A DNA stretch of 55,811 bases from Chitinophagaceae bacterium. Its GTDB lineage: Bacteria > Bacteroidota > Bacteroidia > Chitinophagales > Chitinophagaceae. The position numbers and the translations under genes were made by a program. Positions within the stretch are counted from its first letter, which is position 1. Every line of letters begins with the position of its first letter. Location of the stretch: NCBI GenBank assembly GCA_036376375.1, contig DASVAM010000291.1:1-55811 (forward strand), read 5' to 3'. The notes below the pieces were generated by a model, which did no database searches, was not told the origin of the DNA, and saw only the letters and a list, made by a program, of their open reading frames with translations. This document shows positions 19,563 to 26,205 of the stretch, piece by piece.

Positions 19563-21113
19563 ATGAACAGCTTACACTTCATAGATTATCTCATCATCCT
19601 GATCGTATTGGGCATTACTTTGTGGCTCGGCTTTCGTTTCGCTAAAAGACAAAAGACAACAGAGAATTTCTTTCTTTCAAAAGGAAATTTTCCGGCATGG
19701 GCACTCGGTTTGTCATTGCTATCAACACTTATCAGTAGCGTAACATTCTTAGGTTATCCGGCGCAGGGCTACACGAGCAACTGGATATTACTGGTTCAGG
19801 GCCTGATGGTTCCAATCGTTTTATTAGGCGCTATCTGGTTCATCGTTCCGCTGTATAGAAAAGTCATTGGCCTCAGCACTTATGAATATTTTGAAAAACG
19901 ATTTGGCAGATTTGCCCGTTATTATAGTTCATTTTCCTTTGTCATAAGACAGTTTGCAGGAATGGGTACTGTGTTGTTTCTGATAGCAGTTGCCATTCAT
20001 AAAATGACAACCATCGATCCATACATCATCTTAGCGATTGTAGGTGCTGTATTGGTAATCGTGAATTTGAAAGGAGGTATGCAGGCCGTCATCTGGCTCG
20101 ATGTGTTCCAGGGTTTCATGTTATTCGCCAGCGGTATCATTTGCCTTGGCGTCTTATTAATTTCAATTAAAGGTGGTGTACCGGAAGCAATAAAAATTGC
20201 CACGGAAAATAACCGCACAGGATTTGGCCCCTATGATATCGATTTCACACGGCTCACCCTGATCGTGATGATCATCAACGGTGCTTTTTATGCTATTCAG
20301 AAATACGGAACGGACCAAACCGTTGTGCAACGTTATCTCACAGCTAAATCAGATAAGGCAGCAGAGAAAGCATCCTTGCTTGGTATCTCGCTTACCGTTC
20401 CCATCTGGACGATCTTTATGTTCATTGGTACAGTGCTGTTTGTGTTTTATACACAGAATAAATTACCCGAAGGCACAAAAGCCGAAGCGGTGTTTCCTTA
20501 TTTTATCATGACTGAATTACCAACAGGTATTGTTGGGTTTATTGTTGCTGCACTGATCAGTGCGGCGATCTGTAGTCTCAGCGCCGATCTTAATTCACTG
20601 GCTGCAGTCGGCGTGCAGGATTATTACAAAAAGATATTTCCAAACAAAACGGATAAACAATATCTCAAAGCAAGCAAAACAATGGTTGTAATATCTGGTC
20701 TTATCGCTATCGGTATCGGCGCCTTATACCTGCTGACCGGAAATGAAGGCGTGCTCGGTGTCATCTTTACCATCTATGCAATTTTTTCCGGCGGCATTGT
20801 GGGAATTTTCTTGCTCGGACTTTTCAGCGCAAGAGCCAATCGCCAGGGAGTGAACATCGGTATCATTGTTTGCATTTTGTTCACCGCTTATGCGTTTCTT
20901 ACCAGCACACCGATAGGTCTCAAAAATCCAAAACTCTTACTCGATCTTGGAAGCTTTAATTTTACGCATCATAAGCTGATGCTCGGCGTTTATAGCCACC
21001 TCATCGTGATAGTCGTCGGTTATACCGCCAGCTTATTTTATCCAAAACCAGTGCTGGAAGAAAATTTATTATTTAGTAGTTGGAAAAAAAATCGAGATAA
21101 TGAGAACATGTAA
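19563..21113 (+). CDS. Sodium:solute symporter (SSS family), paralogue 2
   Basis: 516 aa, multi-TM. 'AWALGLSLLSTLISSVTFLGYPA' and 'YEYFEKRFG'. Paralogous to 12696-14189. Confidence 0.85.
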   Translation: MNSLHFIDYLIILIVLGITLWLGFRFAKRQKTTENFFLSKGNFPAWALGLSLLSTLISSVTFLGYPAQGYTSNWILLVQGLMVPIVLLGAIWFIVPLYRKVIGLSTYEYFEKRFGRFARYYSSFSFVIRQFAGMGTVLFLIAVAIHKMTTIDPYIILAIVGAVLVIVNLKGGMQAVIWLDVFQGFMLFASGIICLGVLLISIKGGVPEAIKIATENNRTGFGPYDIDFTRLTLIVMIINGAFYAIQKYGTDQTVVQRYLTAKSDKAAEKASLLGISLTVPIWTIFMFIGTVLFVFYTQNKLPEGTKAEAVFPYFIMTELPTGIVGFIVAALISAAICSLSADLNSLAAVGVQDYYKKIFPNKTDKQYLKASKTMVVISGLIAIGIGALYLLTGNEGVLGVIFTIYAIFSGGIVGIFLLGLFSARANRQGVNIGIIVCILFTAYAFLTSTPIGLKNPKLLLDLGSFNFTHHKLMLGVYSHLIVIVVGYTASLFYPKPVLEENLLFSSWKKNRDNENM

Positions 21114-21129
21114 TGATAGAAATGACCAA

Positions 21130-21239
21130 TGTGTACCCAGCGACAATGCTATTATTAAGCATCCGTTGGGCCTGCCCCGACGAGCCAACGAAGTTGCCGG
21201 AACTCGGGGTCGCACTCTTGTACACCTTGTTCGCTATTC
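21130..21239 (-). repeat. Intergenic repeat module, copy C (long form, inverted orientation)
   Basis: The reverse complement 'gaatagcgaacaaggtgtacaagagtgcgaccccgagttccggcaacttcgttggctcgtcggggcaggcccaacggatg...gggtacaca' aligns along its length with 38660-38768. Confidence 0.75.
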
Positions 21240-21318
21240 AGCAATTTTCTCGCAGCGTTCGCAGGGATGTAGCGACCGCAGCGATTTATCAGACTTCTTA
21301 ATACTTTGCGTCCGCTGC

Positions 21319-23520
21319 GTGAAATCCATTGTGCTCCTTTGTGTCCTGGTGAGTCCGTGGTTCAATTCGACGCAGGCCCAGCTTAATTCGGAAAACAACT
21401 ACCGCAAGCCACTCAAAGAGGTATTGAATGAAATCCAAAAGAGATACGGGGTGGAACTGAAATACGATGAAAAGCTGGTTGCTGGTAAATTTGTGAACTA
21501 TGCCGAATGGCGATACAGAACAGATGTAGAAGTGACTTTAGATAAAGTTCTCTCACCGCTCGATATGGTAGCGAAAAAAGAAAAGGACAAAGTTTACAAG
21601 CTGGGCAGCTATGAATACTACCGCTGGAAAGTTGAAGATGGCTGGGCGGAATTAGATCGAATTGCCGCACAATATAAAAATGTGGAAGAATGGGAGAAGA
21701 GAAAGACAGAACTAAGAAATTGCTTTTTAAAAACCGCACAGCTTGACCATCCGCCTTCGTCACCGGGAACAGCACCGATCAGAGCCAACTTGAGAAAGAT
21801 GAAAGGTTATACGATCGAGAATCTTGCCATAGAAATATTGCCCGGTGTTTGGGTAAATGGTTCACTGTACAAGCCTGAGAAATATAAAGGGAAAATTCCT
21901 GTTGTCTTGCATCCACAGGGACATTGGGATAAACATCGTTACCGTCCCGATTGCCAATACACATCAGCGGCAATTGCAAAGATGGGAGCGATGATATTTA
22001 ATTTCGACATGTTTGCATGGGGTGAATCCATTTTACAATTCAACTATGAAACTCATCGCACGAGTCTTGCATTGACAATGCAGTTGCTTGCGGGTAAGAG
22101 AATTTTGGATTATTTGCTTTCGTTAAAAGATGCCGACACAAATCGTGTGGCGATCGTTGGCGGGAGCGGTGGTGGCACACAAACTGTTTATATGACGGCA
22201 ATCGATGATCGAATAAAAGTTTCTGCACCCGTAGTAAATCTTTCTTCGTATTTCTATGGCGGTTGTCCCTGTGAAAGTGGCGCGAATGTACATGGTTGTA
22301 TAGGGCGAACAGACAACATGGAATTAGCAGCAATGGCTGCACCTCAACCGCAACTGGTAGTGAGTGACGGCGGCGACTGGACAGATCGTATGCCTGAACA
22401 TGATTTTCTTTATCTGAAAAAAATGTATAGCTGGTACGGTAAGCCGGATAATGTGATCAATGTGCATTTGCCCACTGAAAAGCATGATTTTGGTTTTAAC
22501 AAACGCAAAGCAGTGTATGAGTTTTTTGCGAAATATCTTGGACTAAATTTAAAACCGTTACAGGCTTCCGATGGAAGCATTGTTGATACAACGATCAATC
22601 TGGAACCAGAGAAATCATTTTATGTATTTGGCGATAATGGTGAAAAACTACCGGCACATGCTGTAAAAGGTTTTGAAACCCTGGAAAGATTATTTTCAGA
22701 TGAAATTCAAAAGGCAAGGAATAATCAACGTTATAAGATCGGATTAATAGACCTTATGTTGCTGAAAAGACAGAAGTTAGGGGCCATTACTTTAACAAGT
22801 CAGTTAAACGCAGACGGGGTGGAAGTGGATATGGGTGGCCTTGGAAACAGACCCACATTCGATAATCAATTATTGATCGACTCGGTACGCAACCAGTTCC
22901 TAAAAACCGCGAAGGAAAACGATGTCGAAATATTTTCTTTAGCAATGACGGGTTACTACGCCCAATCTTTTTGCGGACGGGAAGAATACAAACGAAGCAT
23001 AGAAGATTGTATAAAAACAATGAAGCTAATGAATGTGAAGACTGCTTTTCTCCCGCTGGGCGTCCAATGTGATTTGAGAAAAAAACCGGAAGTAAGAGAT
23101 TCGGTAGTGGCAAGATTAAAGGTTGCTGGCAAGATGGCTGAAGCTGCTAATGTGTTGATTGGCATAGAAACAGCATTATCTGCTAAAGAAGAAGTGCAAC
23201 TCTTAAAAGATATTGGTTCACCCGCGATAAAGGTCTATTTCAATTTCTCCAATCCATTGAAGGAGGGCAGAGACCTGATAAGTGAATTAAAAGTATTGGG
23301 AAAGGATCGTATTTGTATGATACACGCAACTAACAAAGACAGTGTGTGGCTGGAGAACGACCCGCAGATAGATATGTACAAAGTGAAAAGGACGCTGGAT
23401 GAAATGGGTTGGAGCGGTTGGTTGGTGATCGAACGCAGTCGCGATGCCAAAAAGTCTTCTGATACAAAATATAATTATGGCGCCAATACGGCTTACTTGA
23501 AAAAAGTTTTTCAGGAATGA
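21319..23520 (+). CDS. Secreted two-domain fusion: alpha/beta-hydrolase (acetyl-xylan-esterase/dienelactone-hydrolase-like) + xylose-isomerase-like TIM-barrel (sugar phosphate isomerase/epimerase family)
   Basis: Proposed GTG start at 21319 gives signal peptide 'MKSIVLLCVLVSPWFNSTQAQ'. Esterase part has 'VAIVGGSGGGTQTV' (GxSxG nucleophile elbow) and 'HDFGF'. C-terminal ~270 aa ('YKIGLIDLMLLK...GADGVEVDMGG...IGIETA...GWLVIE') resemble AP-endonuclease-2/xylose-isomerase TIM barrels. The 21100-21318 part of the tracked ORF is repeat DNA. Confidence 0.6.
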   Translation: MKSIVLLCVLVSPWFNSTQAQLNSENNYRKPLKEVLNEIQKRYGVELKYDEKLVAGKFVNYAEWRYRTDVEVTLDKVLSPLDMVAKKEKDKVYKLGSYEYYRWKVEDGWAELDRIAAQYKNVEEWEKRKTELRNCFLKTAQLDHPPSSPGTAPIRANLRKMKGYTIENLAIEILPGVWVNGSLYKPEKYKGKIPVVLHPQGHWDKHRYRPDCQYTSAAIAKMGAMIFNFDMFAWGESILQFNYETHRTSLALTMQLLAGKRILDYLLSLKDADTNRVAIVGGSGGGTQTVYMTAIDDRIKVSAPVVNLSSYFYGGCPCESGANVHGCIGRTDNMELAAMAAPQPQLVVSDGGDWTDRMPEHDFLYLKKMYSWYGKPDNVINVHLPTEKHDFGFNKRKAVYEFFAKYLGLNLKPLQASDGSIVDTTINLEPEKSFYVFGDNGEKLPAHAVKGFETLERLFSDEIQKARNNQRYKIGLIDLMLLKRQKLGAITLTSQLNADGVEVDMGGLGNRPTFDNQLLIDSVRNQFLKTAKENDVEIFSLAMTGYYAQSFCGREEYKRSIEDCIKTMKLMNVKTAFLPLGVQCDLRKKPEVRDSVVARLKVAGKMAEAANVLIGIETALSAKEEVQLLKDIGSPAIKVYFNFSNPLKEGRDLISELKVLGKDRICMIHATNKDSVWLENDPQIDMYKVKRTLDEMGWSGWLVIERSRDAKKSSDTKYNYGANTAYLKKVFQE

Positions 23521-23570
23521 TCTTTTATTGAGTTCACCCCAATTTGAAAATTGCTTATTGTTGAAGTACT

Positions 23571-23652
23571 TCCCCCGCCAGCGGCTATCGTGTGGACACA
23601 ACTGGTAAGAAAGGGAACACGGATAACACGGATTTAAGGGATTTACATGGAT
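23571..23652. repeat. Left terminal inverted repeat of the GxxExxY cassette
   Basis: 'tcccccgccagcggctatcgtgtggaca' followed by 'ggaacacggataacacggatttaagggatttacatggat'. Both sub-blocks recur inverted at 24139-24214. Confidence 0.75.
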
Positions 23653-23722
23653 AATGCTTATTTTTCTATCAAGTTCTTTATGTCAACTAAAGAATGATTC
23701 ATGTTCAGAAAAAATACTTCAG

Positions 23723-24057
23723 ATGAAATATGAAGAATTAACGAGTAAAATTATCCAGTATTTTTCAAAGTGTATAATACGTTGGGTTATGGATTCCTGG
23801 AAAAAGTATATCGCAATGCCCTGTACTTTGAGCTGATTGAAATGGGCCTTAAGGCAGCAATGGAAAAAAGGATTCTTGTTTATTATAAAACCCATATTGT
23901 TGGCGATTACTCGTCCGATCTAACGGTTGAAGACGTTATAATATGTGAACTAAAAACCGCTGAAAGCTTAGAGGCCGATGAGAATCAGCTTATCAATTAT
24001 TTAAAAGCCACCAATTTTGAAATAGGATTGCTCTTTAACTTTGGCAAAAAGCCATAA
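23723..24057 (+). pseudogene. GxxExxY protein (PD-(D/E)XK-related) gene carrying a frameshift and a premature stop
   Basis: Frame 2 gives 'MKYEELTSKIIQYF'. The frame then switches in a T5 run (~23763-23767) to 'FFKVYNTLGYGFLEKVYRNAL...DLTVEDVIICELK...NYLKATNFEIGLLFNFGKKP*'. After the TAA the same frame continues 'VRRKVYDNE', which matches the usual family C-terminus. Confidence 0.7.
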
Positions 24058-24138
24058 GTGAGAAGAAAAGTGTATGATAACGAGAGGAAGTTCTGGCGTA
24101 CAACTAGAATAGGTCAAATTGAATAAATTAATTTCAAA

Positions 24139-24214
24139 ATCTGTGCTGATCCATACAATTTGTGGTCATCCGTGTTCCAAAAAATATGTCCACACGATAG
24201 CCTCCAGCGGGGGA
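24139..24214. repeat. Right terminal inverted repeat of the GxxExxY cassette
   Basis: The reverse complement reads 'tcccccgctggaggctatcgtgtggaca...ggaacacggatgaccacaaattgtatggatcagcacagat'. The outer 28-mer has 3 mismatches to the left arm. Confidence 0.75.
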
Positions 24215-24305
24215 TAACATGGCAGTCTTATATTTGATCATTTTTCTTATTCAATTTTAAATTTCTCTTTATTGAGAAATTAGGGTATTCATTATCCCCC
24301 GCTGG
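24204..24305. repeat. Perfect 14-bp inverted repeat with a 74-nt loop containing a nested 8-bp hairpin
   Basis: 'ccagcgggggataa' (24204-24217) pairs with 'ttatcccccgctgg' (24292-24305). Nested hairpin 'aatttctc tttatt gagaaatt' at 24260-24281. The left arm overlaps the cassette's right IR. Confidence 0.7.
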
Positions 24306-24401
24306 CGGGCGTCGGCTATACAAATAAAATGACGGTTCAAAGGGGGGTGCATAAAGACGCTTCGCTAAACCTCAGCAACGGCTATTAAGGTTGATGATCT
24401 T

Positions 24402-24409
24402 TATTTTTG
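24402..24409 (+). promoter_or_regulatory. Candidate Bacteroidota -7 promoter box (TAnnTTTG)
   Basis: 'TATTTTTG' lies 6 nt upstream of the ATG at 24416, which would imply a near-leaderless transcript. Confidence 0.3.
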
Positions 24410-24415
24410 TAAACA

Positions 24416-24676
24416 ATGGATCGCAAACTATTTCCCGAAAAGGAAGAGCAATTCAGCTTTGAATCGCATGGTGTAACTATCACTTGCCAAAAGCTGGATG
24501 TTTCGAAAGGTCTTGTCTATCATGTAACTTTCAGCAGTAACAGGAAACCGATCGTGATTGCAAGAGCCAGATTTGAAGAAAGCGAGGCAAGATGGACCTC
24601 AATTCCTGAAGGAAGACAAAAGGAGGCGGAAGGTGTGGGAGCTCTTATTGAACAATACTTATCAACCAAAAAGTAA
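24416..24676 (+). CDS. Small hypothetical protein (86 aa), 2 nt upstream of the SRAP gene
   Basis: ORF with ATG start, no recognisable motif. Tight spacing suggests co-transcription with 24679-25542. Confidence 0.45.
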   Translation: MDRKLFPEKEEQFSFESHGVTITCQKLDVSKGLVYHVTFSSNRKPIVIARARFEESEARWTSIPEGRQKEAEGVGALIEQYLSTKK

Positions 24677-24678
24677 TT

Positions 24679-25542
24679 ATGTGTTATTATAATGCGCAAA
24701 AAGTAACTCATTCGGAGTTTATACGACTCAAGAAGATTGAAAAGAAATTGAAAGAACACGATTTCTTTACACGTATTGTCATCGTGGGCTTTGATTTTGG
24801 CAAAACAGCCGTATTAAAACCGATCGAAGGCAAGGAAGATTTTGAGATCGTAGAGATGGAATGGGGCTTTATTCCTGATCCGTTGCGATGGCCCTTCATT
24901 GAAACCAGGGAAGATGCCTTTAAGGTACGTAGAGGCTTTACCGACCAAAGAGGAAAATATCAACAGCCGCTTAATTTTCTAAATGCAGTTTCCGAAGAAT
25001 TGTTACAAACCAATAAAGTCTACCGTAATGCAGCCATCCACCGGAGATGTATCATTCCCTCCAGCGGGTTCTATGACTGGCGGCATATTTTTCCTTTGAA
25101 TAAAAGAACAGGACAGCCATTAAAAACAGCAGTAAAATATCCTTATCGTGTTATGGTGAAGGATAAAGAACTTTTTTGGATGGCGGGTATCTGGAATCAA
25201 TGGACAGATGCTGAGACTGGAGAAACGGTTGATACCTGTGCGATCGTGACAACTGAAGCCAATTTGGTAATGTCGCAGATCCATAACAGCAAGAAAAGAA
25301 TGCCGACGATGCTGAGTGATGATCTTGCCTGGGAGTGGATGTTTGGCAAGCTGGATGAAAAAAGAATATCCGAAATAGCCACATGGCAAATAGCCTGGCA
25401 AGATTTGCGCTACTATACCCTGGCAAAAGACTTTTTGAGTTCAGGCGATCCGTTAAAAGAGGTTGTCTATTCTGATCTGCCACCCATTGATGTGCCGGGT
25501 GGCGAAGCAACAACTCCGAAGGGGCAAATGGAATTATTTTAG
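24679..25542 (+). CDS. SOS-response-associated peptidase (SRAP; YedK/HMCES-like abasic-site processing protein), long form
   Basis: Starts 'MC' (catalytic Cys2). 'NAVSEEL' (NARSE-like), 'RCIIPSSGFYDW', 'MAGIWNQW', 'TCAIVTTEAN', 'IHNSKKRMPTML'. 287 aa, longer than my recollection of canonical members (~220 aa). Confidence 0.8.
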   Translation: MCYYNAQKVTHSEFIRLKKIEKKLKEHDFFTRIVIVGFDFGKTAVLKPIEGKEDFEIVEMEWGFIPDPLRWPFIETREDAFKVRRGFTDQRGKYQQPLNFLNAVSEELLQTNKVYRNAAIHRRCIIPSSGFYDWRHIFPLNKRTGQPLKTAVKYPYRVMVKDKELFWMAGIWNQWTDAETGETVDTCAIVTTEANLVMSQIHNSKKRMPTMLSDDLAWEWMFGKLDEKRISEIATWQIAWQDLRYYTLAKDFLSSGDPLKEVVYSDLPPIDVPGGEATTPKGQMELF

Positions 25543-25573
25543 TAATTATGAATATCCAGAATACAATTCCTTT

Positions 25574-26035
25574 TCAATTCTGAGATGGATCGGCGATTGA
25601 AATATCAACAACATTTTTCCAGCCACCATCAGCCTGTTTGCGCCATATGGTCACTGCCTTGTTTTTTATGGTGATCTTCTTTCCGGTGGAATCATCAAAT
25701 GACACCTGGGCATTCTCTATCATGTATGCCAGATCACCGTTGTCAGAAACTTCAACACTTTCAGGCTGCCAGCTAATATTAAAGCCCGGCATTTTAAAAC
25801 TTTCTTCTACCATTTTACGGATCGCCTCTTTGCCTTTTAAGGGAGCTTGTCCTTGCTGCATCAAAAAAGCATCATCAGCCCAATACCTTACCATCTTTTC
25901 AACATCTTTTGTAGCCACAGTCTGCGACCATTCCTTGCTCAACAGCATGAGCTTATCACCTTCGGCTTTCTTATCAACTTTTGTTTGAGTGCAACTTGTG
26001 AATGCAATCGTAACAATTATTAATATTCTTTTCAT
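25574..26035 (-). CDS. NTF2-like (SnoaL/DUF4440-type) lipoprotein
   Basis: ATG at 26035 gives 'MKRILIIVTIAFTSC' (lipobox). '...VRYWADDAFLMQQGQAPLKGKEAI...DLAYMIENAQVSF...VTIWRKQADGGWK' matches the DUF4440/SnoaL pattern. Confidence 0.65.
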   Translation of the reverse strand: MKRILIIVTIAFTSCTQTKVDKKAEGDKLMLLSKEWSQTVATKDVEKMVRYWADDAFLMQQGQAPLKGKEAIRKMVEESFKMPGFNISWQPESVEVSDNGDLAYMIENAQVSFDDSTGKKITIKNKAVTIWRKQADGGWKNVVDISIADPSQN

Positions 26036-26205
26036 AACAGGTGCTGGTTTTATCAACTAAATATACTATACAATTAGATGACGGCAGAATATCGTTGTTT
26101 CTGCCAAATAGGAAAATCCTCCATCATTATAATAAATACTCACATTTTTGAGGGTAAATAGTGGGGGTACATTTATTGCATAATTCCCTGATTGGCTTCA
26201 CGTAA

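Noticed and set aside
21100-21318. N-terminal 73 aa of the tracked 806-aa ORF, which overlaps the symporter stop
   Set aside because: This stretch is made of the inverted copy of the intergenic repeat module plus 'ttttctcgcagcg' and 'ctttgcgtccgctgcgtg' repeat units. A GTG at 21319 gives a normal signal peptide.
24331-24350. 'acggttcaaagggggg' as a possible tRNA T-arm
   Set aside because: There is no matching acceptor or anticodon stem around it and no 'tcc' continuation of the T-loop consensus. No cloverleaf can be drawn. I saw no tRNA or rRNA elsewhere in the window.
23521-26205. The strand-switch region as an integrated mobile genetic element or defence island
   Set aside because: No integrase, transposase, tRNA attachment site or recognisable defence genes are present. 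There is only a decayed GxxExxY cassette, an SRAP pair and an NTF2-like lipoprotein. I kept it as separate lower-interest findings instead.
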